This document shows positions 54,401 to 61,708 of a stretch of 64,000 bases of DNA, in pieces (position 1 is the stretch's first letter; each line of letters begins with the position of its first letter). The position numbers and the translations under genes were made by a program. Below the pieces are notes generated by a model. That model was given only the letters and a program-made list of their open reading frames with translations, was not told the DNA's origin and searched no databases. Origin of the DNA: Trichomonas gallinae (lineage: Eukaryota); contig MRSU01011701.1 in assembly GCA_008369845.1 (NCBI GenBank), positions 1-64,000 on the forward strand, given 5' to 3'.

Positions 54401-57395
54401 AAATGAGCCAGTCCGTTTCCTTGTAGTTTGTGATGTCCAAGACTGTTTCTCCCCACTGGTCTGCAATCTTCTTGAGTGATGTCTTGATATTGTGCTCGTT
54501 TGTGGCAGCTGTGGAAATTTCTTGAGCGTTCGCAATATGATCTGCGAGCTTCATTTCGATTGTGTTTTGGAGAGTCATTGTTGGCGTCAATGTAATGTTT
54601 GCGCCGACTAAGTCGCAGAGCTGCTTCCAGTGCTTTTCTGTCATACCTGGGTTGAGCATGATCGAGAAGATTGGCAAGAACTTCTTGAATCCATCCATCT
54701 CGGTTCTCGTCGCCTGTCCTATAGCTAAGATTTCCTTGTCTGTAATAACACGTGAAGATTGAACGAGCTGCTGCTGGATGCCAGCGAATTGAGATTCAAC
54801 ATCAGAAGCATTTAATTGAGAAAGTGGAACTTTTCTCCATTTCTCGACTGATGTCTTCCAGTTTGAAATTGCTTCCCAGAACATCTTGTAAGGAGCGAAT
54901 GCCTCTTGCTGTGACTTGAGCTGCGAGTAATTTGAAATTTCCATGTCGCAAAGTTTCTCTCTCATGTTGTAAAGCTCTGCCTTTTCAAGAGCTTCATCGA
55001 GCTTTGTCTGGATGCCTCTAACTCTCGCCACGTAGCTCATGTGCTGATTTATGTCGTTGAAAGCGAAGACGCCAGCAATGGCTGATGTAATAGATGTGAT
55101 CTGGGATGTGAGCATCATCGTGTCGCACTGCAATGCCTTCTGGAGCTTGACTTTGTTGACCTTGAGAGTGTTTGAAACTTCTGTTGCTTTGTTCAAAATC
55201 TTCTTCTCGTAGCCGACGAGCTCCCATCTTAATGAATCTTGTTCATCAGGAATTGATACGTACATGTCTTCAACTGTATCCAGATACTTGAGAACCTCAC
55301 CGAACTGCTTCTTTAATTCCGCTAGGTTTCTGTTGAGGTTTTCGATGAAATCTCTTTGGTTAACCAAGGCTTCGATGGTCTTTGGTTCTTCGAGGAGTTT
55401 CGCCCAGATCTGCTCATAAGACTTCTGTATTTCCTTCATCTGCTGGTGAGAAACAGTGAGAAGGAGCTGCAAAAGAGCCAAACGACGCTCAGCAAGTTTT
55501 TGATGCAATGTCTTTCTGATGTTTGTCAAATCGATTCTGAACAAGCCAATAGTTATCTTGAACGGGAAATTAAGATGAAGTTCCTTCTGTTGGCTCTCAA
55601 CTTTAGCGATTGCAGCCTTGACTTTATCTAAATCTGCTTCTGAATCCTTAAGTTTGTTCGCGAAATCTGTCGCTGAGCCTTTAAGAAGTTCGTCGAAAGT
55701 CGCCAAAGATTCAACGTATTCGTTCATGTGCTTTATTGACTCATCAATCATTGATTTGAGTGAGTTCTTGAGCCCGATGACTTCCTTTGACTCCAAGTCA
55801 GGTAATGTATAGACTGGAACCGGTGTCCACATCATGGCCTTAAGGACAGATGTTTCAATCTTCTGGAAATCTTCGAACGAAGAAATCGCGTATTCTATTT
55901 CTTCATTCACAGCTGCAGTGAAGTATTCTAACTGCGGCTGGAACTTTACTTCTCCCTCGACGCACTCGAGGAACACTGTGAATATCGGCGTGTGCTCTTC
56001 GTTCGTCGGGAAAACGTTTTCAACTTTTCTAAAATCAACGACGTTGACAGAAGTTGGCGTTTTTTCCTTGACGTAGTTTTCGAACCAGTAAATAGAGTTA
56101 AGAATGAAATCGACGAGGTGGCTCTGGATGATTTGGTTGCAGAGACCAATGAAACGGCCAAGCGGAGACTCGAGATAAATTGCTTTATTAAATTCGGTAA
56201 GTGAATATGGTGGTTTGATGTTTCTGATAACGTCGAAGATAATTGTTGAAACTTGTGAAATGAATTTCATTCTTGCTTTGCTAATCATGTTCTTTTCGTA
56301 ATTACGGTGATGTCTTTGCCATTGATCGAGTGGAAGAGCCTGTGGGCAGATTGTATTAAATAAGCAGCTGTTTGAAATATCCAAACACCATGAAACAATG
56401 ATTGGTGCAGCATTAACAAACCAATCATTGGTAAACAAATGGATTTGCTGAATTGTTTTGATCTTTTCTTTGATAATGAGATCTCCATCTGTAGATGGTG
56501 TCGGAATTTCTTCAATAGAACCAGGCAATCTCGGTAATGGAAGATTTAATCCACGATATAGCAACGGATTTGATAGAATACGCATATTGAATATGATTGA
56601 GTTCGTGACCATTTTCATTTGTGTGTCAACTTCATCTAATATTTTCTTGCTGAATTCGTATTTTGATCCATTTTTCGCGAATGTCTTGAATTTTGGCGAC
56701 TTTGTGATTGTTGTAAGCAGCCTGTTACGGTCACTCTGCGTAAGAGACTGCAAATCATCGGATGGAATATTCTTAACGTATAACCAATATCTAAACCATG
56801 ATTCTTCGAGTCTGCGAAGTGCAAATGCGCGCTCGAGTCTGTCAACGAATGCTACAGGATCCTCGAATGGAAATAGCACGAATAAAGGCGATAATAAAGC
56901 GCTTTTTCCATCTCTAAATCTAACATTGTATAATCCAGTTGCTGCCTGATAAGCAATATCAGTGACGTATTCAAGCATTGCTACACCCTTGTAGAAGCGA
57001 AAAGCTTGAGGAGGAACTTCTTTTAGCATTCCAAGCATCACTTCCGGCTGCAATGGCGCGAGCATTGTATCTTCGAAGTATTTAATATCGAGGAAAGACT
57101 GGAATTGAATATTTGTATCCCATAAATTGCTTGGTTTTGATAAATCGATACCTCTGCGCTTTAATTCTGCGATAACATCGATTGGTTTTCCTTTATATGG
57201 GAAGAATAAGTTCGCTTTTGGCATTTGAAGCGGTTCTGTGATGAAGATTCCAAGAGATTTATAATCTGGAACTTCTTGGTGAAGAGCTTCAGAAAAAGGA
57301 TTAACATATTTACGTTTATGTGGATCGTTCTGTCCATTGCTTCCCTTGTTAGATCCATTAGGATCGGAAAGAGAAGATAAAACAGTTCGATACAT
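45423..57395 (-). CDS. DNAH1: Axonemal inner-arm dynein heavy chain, DNAH1-like
   Basis: 3990 aa; P-loops GPAGTGKT, GPAGCGKT, GVTGSGKT, GVGGSGRQ; CFDEFNR; N-terminal FEDPVAFVDRLERA...YWLYVKNIP resembles DNAH1; C-terminal WIKRGVALLC. Confidence 0.93.
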   Translation of the reverse strand: MYRTVLSSLSDPNGSNKGSNGQNDPHKRKYVNPFSEALHQEVPDYKSLGIFITEPLQMPKANLFFPYKGKPIDVIAELKRRGIDLSKPSNLWDTNIQFQSFLDIKYFEDTMLAPLQPEVMLGMLKEVPPQAFRFYKGVAMLEYVTDIAYQAATGLYNVRFRDGKSALLSPLFVLFPFEDPVAFVDRLERAFALRRLEESWFRYWLYVKNIPSDDLQSLTQSDRNRLLTTITKSPKFKTFAKNGSKYEFSKKILDEVDTQMKMVTNSIIFNMRILSNPLLYRGLNLPLPRLPGSIEEIPTPSTDGDLIIKEKIKTIQQIHLFTNDWFVNAAPIIVSWCLDISNSCLFNTICPQALPLDQWQRHHRNYEKNMISKARMKFISQVSTIIFDVIRNIKPPYSLTEFNKAIYLESPLGRFIGLCNQIIQSHLVDFILNSIYWFENYVKEKTPTSVNVVDFRKVENVFPTNEEHTPIFTVFLECVEGEVKFQPQLEYFTAAVNEEIEYAISSFEDFQKIETSVLKAMMWTPVPVYTLPDLESKEVIGLKNSLKSMIDESIKHMNEYVESLATFDELLKGSATDFANKLKDSEADLDKVKAAIAKVESQQKELHLNFPFKITIGLFRIDLTNIRKTLHQKLAERRLALLQLLLTVSHQQMKEIQKSYEQIWAKLLEEPKTIEALVNQRDFIENLNRNLAELKKQFGEVLKYLDTVEDMYVSIPDEQDSLRWELVGYEKKILNKATEVSNTLKVNKVKLQKALQCDTMMLTSQITSITSAIAGVFAFNDINQHMSYVARVRGIQTKLDEALEKAELYNMREKLCDMEISNYSQLKSQQEAFAPYKMFWEAISNWKTSVEKWRKVPLSQLNASDVESQFAGIQQQLVQSSRVITDKEILAIGQATRTEMDGFKKFLPIFSIMLNPGMTEKHWKQLCDLVGANITLTPTMTLQNTIEMKLADHIANAQEISTAATNEHNIKTSLKKIADQWGETVLDITNYKETDWLILHTCEDIINQLDENLITLQAINFSQYKAPFEEEITTWTTGLQLTLHVIEKWLECQAKYLYLAPIFSSKDICHQLPNEGIRFQKIAEDWDTSLKKAKELQNAYKFCNDNELFQFFKHALVELESIERALIEYLETKRTAFPRFYFLSNEELLKILSQTTSPSAVQPYLKRCFENIGSITFQGTDCVTEMISIEGEVVPFSKPTNLTGSVEHWMLDVENEMRNTLEKIMEVAVTEYHTKGRTEWIDVWPAQITIAVFQIMWTSAVEHAIKNKSLKQLYDTIFSQLLELAKLTTTNLSDIARITVSSLIVMEMHNRDVVKKLADQNITDINQFEWISQLRQYFVNGYDVIRMVNAEFRYGYEYLGSTPRLVITPLTDRCYLTLLTALDMQMGGAPQGPAGTGKTETTKDLAKVVAKQCVVFNCSEGLDYLQMGTFFTGLSSCGAWACFDEFNRIDIEVLSVIAQQIATIQAAIQQHKHHFTFEGREVRLNPTCAIFITMNPGYAGRTELPDNLKALFRPVAMMVPDYTMIAEILLYSFGFETAKSLAVKITSTFRLSSEQLSNQSHYDFGMRAVKTVINTAGNLLQREKDLSEQLIILRALKDVNVPKFTRQDLPLFNNIISDLFPNVQEKHLDYTNLIAAIRQVCEKHRYKDSMIDKAIELYETVGVRHGVMLVGPAGCGKTVCYETLAEALTILSKDNSQYSPVQPTIINPKSITLGQLYGDFDPHSHDFTDGLLADAVRFASAEPPPVHHWIVLDGPVDALWIENMNTVLDDNKKLCLSSSEVIPLTPRMRMFFEVEDLKVASPATVSRCGMVYIENKIHDYDSLLYTWLLNHSDKRSVLEPQITKFIPDVLVPTIDFVKAEIKLVLPFHEYTFFNNFLNLLSAILKTEKDLTNINNFMIFSLYWSLGAMTNGQDRPAFDTAVKAILDKQGISRPDELTLFDYCVKGNEWVKWIDMTEKPPEGGVASDAIIPTVETTRHSWVINTLVMNGIAVLVTGVTGSGKTVTLQKYIESQPTLVNNPLTFSAQTTANGVQDLIDSKFDRRSAGVFGPPIDHRAIIFVDDINMPRKEKYGAQPPIELLRQLLSQGGWYDRKKRTFKKFVDVQMVCSMRSPEGPEQTPTGRFLRHFHQIVFPEISSDSMTRIFHAILAHPFSAVSDVIDPLIKASVEIYDTVCKQLLPTPSRVHYTFNLRDIAQVIRGVTSLHSSQANDKNNVLRIWYHESIRVYHDRLVNDENRDWFMRLLKRVLHETFGVRYFQLFASEPVIYADFGVDDSKKYQQVSDLEKFTKVCQNNLDDYNAANSHPLDLCLFSEAIQHLCRICRIIREPGRNGLLLGVGGSGRQSLTRLASYICGVQLFQPEVSRSYSRVEWRQDLKRLLLDCGLQKKETVFLVSESQLIDESFFEDINCLLNSGDPPALFDDDDMEKIITGTTPLAKTMGIVATRASVYSLFISQVKSHMHVMIALSPIGSSFRRRVRMFPSLISCCTIDWFAEWPLEALENVSTRVIGPEYSKFCASAHSIVSNYCQKFFEEMKRTNYVTPSTFLSFLNLITSLGDRLKSKLETTTNNIQKGLQKMEEASKEIVVLEKNIRELQPELARRKDETVIMIRELSANQEQAKATKDKVAAATKEAEEQSAIADQLSQQAAEDLKQVEPKIEAAVQALSKLTRTEISELKAIAVETEPMRLICTALCIIFDEPPKKGKRPNGQPYDDYFSAAKSILADPNFIKRLKDWIGLNKDKISPVKMQKLRVVLDNPDFAPDVMSSKSQAMGTICMWVHAIELYYNVNVEVEPKRRKKAEAEKNQQEALRIVEENKVKLAEIEAKVAELEEKHKKSEMELKELTDKKEKCTIRLQNASILTSSLEHERESWQKMLVDFDAQKKTITGDLLISAASVAYLGPFTSDFRKLILLEWSQKLEEFGFPRTPGGNITKILGDPLTILQWNLKALPRDDLSIENAIVLTECRKWPLIIDPQNQAANFIKNIEPEILVLRPKEKTFVRSLENAINFGRPVLVEGIDEELDPSLDPILMISSRDKPVQIKLEHQVTLNPSFKLYMVTTNPNPTFSPENLAKVTLINFTITQMALSDQLLALVVAKEKPNLEKEKETLVVNNAQMKSQMLEIQAKILRLLQESKGDILDDVELINTLAESNKTQKTLTVSMAQSEETEKQIDNSRKEYEPVARRSALLYFCVIDLRHVAPMYQYSLSWYAGLVSKLISAAPHSAVLEERIANLISYITLKVFKNISNSLFAKHQLMFAFLIAARISLDKGTISEMEWKFLLTGTTETMQEPPPNKAPESITDATWSELVNLSQIEVFDGFENYVATNANEVLHIDNYFTDQIGGGYDERMNLFRRLCIARCLRPDTLVDGFTQMIREDLGDDYLVVEPSNISQAFADAGPTTPIIFILSSGTDPAQDVQNFAAQMGFLEKLRALSLGQGQGTKAAELIENGRTEGFWVLLQNCHLATSWMPKLEEILQNLKDVHNDFRLWLTSMPSAAFPVSILQNGIKVTTEPPQGLKATLTQLFTSYGQKTLKECPRENEFKSLFYSLCFFHAVVLGRRKYGPLGWNCLYEWTKGDLDISRKQLNLFLSATGPIPYKTLGFLAGEINYGGRVTDDWDRRTLLTLCQDFYREEVLKEGFNIAGDYTTPPPSNLPEYLEIINQYSVTDTPELFGLHQNADLNLKQQTSFNILSDILATRPRGGGNSSGANNALVQTVNALLRKVPQQLDMKIIQEKFPSVYEESMNTVLQQEAVRYNELLTLIESTLKALIKAMKGLIVFTNELEEMANAIDQNVVPPNWAAIAYPSMKPLNSWMSDLNDRLKFLRDWIDFGQPRVFWISGFFFPQAFLTGTKQNFARKYKVPIDEISFDFQVLDKGPQRIIRPPQDGVYIYGLYLEACGYDTIGKKLVDALPRQLTQEMPVIWLKPVQNRVVPTAGIYRCPVYKIGTRQGVLTTTGHSSNYVLTIELPTDTDESFWIKRGVALLCSLSR

Positions 57396-57488
57396 ACAAA
57401 TAACGAACCTGGGGTAATTTGAAAAAAAGGGTAAATTTTTTTACAACTTTTTTTGCTTTTTTCTCACTAAATAAACCGACAACCAATG

Positions 57489-57716
57489 ATTTTGTTCTTA
57501 TTTTTAGATATAAAAATATTCATATTTTAATATATATTAACTGAAATTCATATAATATCATTATATTAAATTTTTTAATCAAAAATTAATCGACAACATA
57601 TCATTTTGTTTTATTTTTATATATAAAATTAATCATATTTTAATATTTACTAAGTGAAATTTAGATAATATCATAATATTAAAATTTTTAATCAAAATTT
57701 AATCGACAAATGCATA
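57489..57716. repeat. Diverged tandem duplication, unit about 114 bp
   Basis: Copies start at 57489 and 57603; share TCATATTTTAATAT, TGAAATT, ATAATATCAT, TTTTTAATCAAAA and TTAATCGACAA. Confidence 0.85.
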
Positions 57717-57866
57717 ATATTTTTGGATATTTTTAATTAATTGCTAAAATAGATTTTAATATATTATTCCCATTCGAAAAATAATTTAATGATTCCCGAA
57801 AAAAACAAAAAAATTAAAAAATGATAATAAAAAATGAATGATTTATGGTTTAATATATAGAATTTT

Positions 57867-60299
57867 ATGAGTAATGAAGGAGAAGTTGAGCGAGTTATAG
57901 TTAGTTTGATTCAGCAAACATTTGATGTACATAGTGATGATACTCATGTTCACGAGGCAGAGCATTTAGTTGAAAATATGGAAAAAAATCAAGAATATTT
58001 CTCAGCATTCGTTCAAATTGCAATAAACACAACGTACTCTATCAATATAAGACGTTCATCGTTGCTTTACATCATGAAATTCATTCGCGAATTTGGCCTT
58101 GTATATGATTTCCAGATTTTAGCACAAATAATCAATGATTCAGTCGATTTTGTACGAATATATCAAAAATTGGCTGATATTTTTATCATTTACATTGACA
58201 AAAATTACATTTTTCAATCAATCTTACAAAACTTTAACGAAGAACACATATTTCCATGCTTATATCTAGCAGCATCCTTTTCCGCAATGTTTAGCAATAC
58301 TTTAAAGGATCCATTTTATCCTCCTTTCATTGATCAAATTATTCCTTTAATTTTACAAGTTTATCAAATGCAACATCCAATAATCAAATATTTGTGTCAT
58401 TTGGTATTCGAGAGATGCTTATTTATTAAAGATGAAAGCTCTTTTTCAAATCAAGAAATATTACAATCATTGGTAAATATTTCTTTAACATTTGATATTA
58501 GTGAGAGCACATTATTTCCTGATGAACTGTTTTACTCGAAAATGTCAATGCTTTCATCATTATTGCAAATGAATTTACCAATTAACTTGAATATTCACGA
58601 GTTTTCACAGCATATTTTACACATATTCGGGATTTCCAATATAATCTGCCCATTATATTATCCAATTTACATATATTTTGATGATGAAAATTTAAGATCA
58701 ACAATAACAGAAGAATTTTTTCAGTTCTTTTTAGAGTTAGTGTATTTTCCAGTATTAGATCAATATCTACTACAAGTTGATGAAAGTTTCTATGGATATT
58801 CTTTATTTTCGTTTTCAGAAAACACATTTACCAAGAATTGGAGTGATCCAGTGACTGCATCGTCATCAATAGCAGAGAAAATATTCAAAAAATACGAGTT
58901 TTCCGTTGTTACACCTAAAATAATTCAATTAATGACGAATTTTACGGGTGAAAACGCGAGATTGCTTATAATTGCAATGTGGTTCTTAAGTAAATCAGCA
59001 CAGTACGTTGAAAATCAGTCAATTTCTCTTCTATTGCCTTTAATTGAAAACTTTTTATCTTCAGATTCAGTTCATGCTCATAATGCTGCATATTTATTCA
59101 TATCAGAAGTCGGGCAGTCTCAAATGCAGAATATCCTCAAGTTTCCATGCGATTTCGTTGGTTCTGTATTAAATGAATCAATAGATTCGAATACACCTGA
59201 AGAAGTTCGATGTTTTGCATTAAATGCAATTCCACACATCATAGCGAATCTAACAGAAGAAGAAAAATCAGCTGTTTCTTCAGAATTAAGCATTATTGAT
59301 ATCTTAAGTCTATTAATACAAAACTATTGCGAAAAAGAGTCAGACACAACTCTTTCTTCATGCAAAAATCTTATTAAATTCTTCCCAGAAGTTATAAATA
59401 CTGAAGGATTCACAGATATTTTCACAAATTTCACTGAATTGCTAGAAAACTCAATATACAATGAGAAATGGAATGCTTCTCGCCTGCTATCGTCAACAAT
59501 TGCTTTAATAGTCAAATTTAACGAAAATAATTCTGATTTCATTTCAACAATGATTGATTACATAAATCATATAGTAACAAGCTACATACAGTCAAATGCG
59601 CTAGATTCCATCTTCACAATCACAGAATCTCTGTTTAGTATTTTAGATCAAAATAATTTCCAAAAATCATATGAAATGATTGTAGTTTTATTTGATATTC
59701 TACAAAGTGAAGAGTGTAAACTTGTAATAGCTGAGTTTTCACAATCAATAATCAATTTCATTCATAGAATCAACAAAGAATGCGCAAAAGTTACGGAATT
59801 GCTTGTAAAGGCCAATAGTATTTTAGAAAATGGACCGAATGAAGTAGGACCAGTATCAACAGCAACAGAAATCATTGCTTCATTCTTTTTAAATCTCGGA
59901 AAAGATTTTTTCCAGCTTTATTCGCCGGATAACATAGTTAGGCTAATTACAATACTTGCAGAAAATAATATTCTCAATGATTGCACACTTTTTATCACTT
60001 CTATTTTGATTAATTTTCCAGAAATCCTTCGAACTGATTTAAGATCAAATATTTTAGATGCATGGACATCGCAAGTCATGCAAGTGATTCCATTTTTCGA
60101 TGTTGCAGTGTCGATCAAGCATTTATTGAATGAAAGCGAAATAGAAAATGTTTATATCACTGCAAAAGAGTTGATCGAATCTAGTATCGAATTTGGAGAT
60201 GACATAGATGACGAAAATAGAATGCAATGGCCATGGTTTACTTCAAATAAAACTGTTGCAATTCAGAATTTCCAAAACGCTTATGGACCATTATCATAA
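57867..60299 (+). CDS. ARM/HEAT-repeat protein, importin-beta-like
   Basis: N-terminal HEAEHLVENME...IRRSSLLYIMKFI resembles IBN_N; helical and acidic throughout. Confidence 0.6.
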   Translation: MSNEGEVERVIVSLIQQTFDVHSDDTHVHEAEHLVENMEKNQEYFSAFVQIAINTTYSINIRRSSLLYIMKFIREFGLVYDFQILAQIINDSVDFVRIYQKLADIFIIYIDKNYIFQSILQNFNEEHIFPCLYLAASFSAMFSNTLKDPFYPPFIDQIIPLILQVYQMQHPIIKYLCHLVFERCLFIKDESSFSNQEILQSLVNISLTFDISESTLFPDELFYSKMSMLSSLLQMNLPINLNIHEFSQHILHIFGISNIICPLYYPIYIYFDDENLRSTITEEFFQFFLELVYFPVLDQYLLQVDESFYGYSLFSFSENTFTKNWSDPVTASSSIAEKIFKKYEFSVVTPKIIQLMTNFTGENARLLIIAMWFLSKSAQYVENQSISLLLPLIENFLSSDSVHAHNAAYLFISEVGQSQMQNILKFPCDFVGSVLNESIDSNTPEEVRCFALNAIPHIIANLTEEEKSAVSSELSIIDILSLLIQNYCEKESDTTLSSCKNLIKFFPEVINTEGFTDIFTNFTELLENSIYNEKWNASRLLSSTIALIVKFNENNSDFISTMIDYINHIVTSYIQSNALDSIFTITESLFSILDQNNFQKSYEMIVVLFDILQSEECKLVIAEFSQSIINFIHRINKECAKVTELLVKANSILENGPNEVGPVSTATEIIASFFLNLGKDFFQLYSPDNIVRLITILAENNILNDCTLFITSILINFPEILRTDLRSNILDAWTSQVMQVIPFFDVAVSIKHLLNESEIENVYITAKELIESSIEFGDDIDDENRMQWPWFTSNKTVAIQNFQNAYGPLS

Positions 60300-60794
60300 A
60301 CATCCATATGGATGTACAAGTCATATTATTCTATATATATTATTTGTTTGTAAATAAATTAGATTTATATAATTTATTTGTATTATTACTATTTCAACAT
60401 AATAATTTAAGCAGATTTCCTATATATAGTTATGTTAATGATCTTATTTTCTTCTAATTAGTTTTATATAGAAAAGTCAAATAAAATATCTTTTTTTATT
60501 AGGTATTATATAGTAATTTTGTAATATATTTCCTATATCATTAAATGATAAATTCATTTTGTTATAAATCGAAGATAAATTTAATCTTGGAATACAATTT
60601 CATCGACATTTCAGGATATTTATATTTGCAATATAAAACACTACTATTTTCTAGATGGTATTAATACTTAAAATGAATCAAAAATGTTTGGAAATATGAT
60701 TGGGGAATTTATTCGGCCTTTCTATGAAAGGAAAAATATGCTATTATGTACAGAAATAAGATCACCAAAATAACGTTTACTAAAACTAACTAAA

Positions 60795-61067
60795 TCATCC
60801 GCACTTCCAGAGCTGAACGGCAACCTGACCGATATAGAAGTAGATGAAATGCTTAGTCTCGTGGGTGACGAAGGAGCCAAATGAGCGGCCGACGACGCAG
60901 TGCCATGTTGGGTTGTATGTCTTGTCAAACTCTTTCTTGATGTAGGAAGCAATATCTTTCTCAATGTTGAAGGAATCGAGGGCCTGGATGGCTGTATCGA
61001 TGGCCTTCTGCTGCATTTCGTCGGACATATCGACGTTCTTGACTACAGCGCGCTTGTCTTGAGTCAT
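60795..61067 (-). CDS. DYNLL1: Dynein light chain LC8
   Basis: [59 protein letters not shown]; Inr TCACT at 61076-61080. Confidence 0.97.
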   Translation of the reverse strand: MTQDKRAVVKNVDMSDEMQQKAIDTAIQALDSFNIEKDIASYIKKEFDKTYNPTWHCVVGRSFGSFVTHETKHFIYFYIGQVAVQLWKCG

Positions 61068-61216
61068 TCGATAAAAGTGAAATCAGATAATACGTTATTT
61101 CATTTTTTTTATAAACGAACAAAACTGTTTCCAAAACGCGATTATTTAGTCGCATAATGGGAATGGCTTCGTGGGCTAAAAATACAACAAAAAGTTATCC
61201 TTACAACAAAAAACAG

Positions 61217-61476
61217 ATTTTTGACATTCTGACTTTTTGACACGTAAATATCATATATCACCAATGGTATTTCATATTCAACAACAAGCCTCTAGTGCCC
61301 GGTCACTTCACACTCAAGTTACCGAATGCGCAATATAACCCTAATGGTTTATCATATTTTTGACATTCTGACTTTTGACACGTAACATTCATATATCGTC
61401 AATGGACATGATCAAAAAGCCTATAGTGCTCGACCATATCGCACTCAAATTACCAAATGCGCAATTCAACCTAATG
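61217..61476 (+). repeat. Diverged tandem duplication (120-130 bp) of a promoter plus gene 5' end
   Basis: Copies start at 61217 and 61356; each has TTTTTGACATTCTGAC, TTTTGACACGTAA, TCATAT and ATG followed by homologous coding-like sequence. Confidence 0.85.
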
Positions 61477-61708
61477 CAGATTTTTATAATAACATAAAAA
61501 CACATTGTCTACATCCCAATAAAGCATTTTTCGAGGAATTCAACTATCGGAACACAAGATTCTAATCAGGCTATTTAAACTATGCCATTATATATTTTAC
61601 TTTAATATACAACAACTTTTTATTTTTTGGAATATAATGAACAGACAATATTATATTTTTGAAAATATGTTGTTCAAAATAATCAAAAATGATAAACTTA
61701 AAAATTTT

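Noticed and set aside
45751..57358. Many short ORFs overlapping the dynein heavy chain and other long genes
   Set aside because: Antisense or off-frame shadows of biased codon usage; no independent motifs
61336..61344. TAACCCTAA as a telomerase RNA template
   Set aside because: Only 9 nt, lies in the coding-like frame (TAT AAC CCT AAT), and is not kept in the second repeat copy
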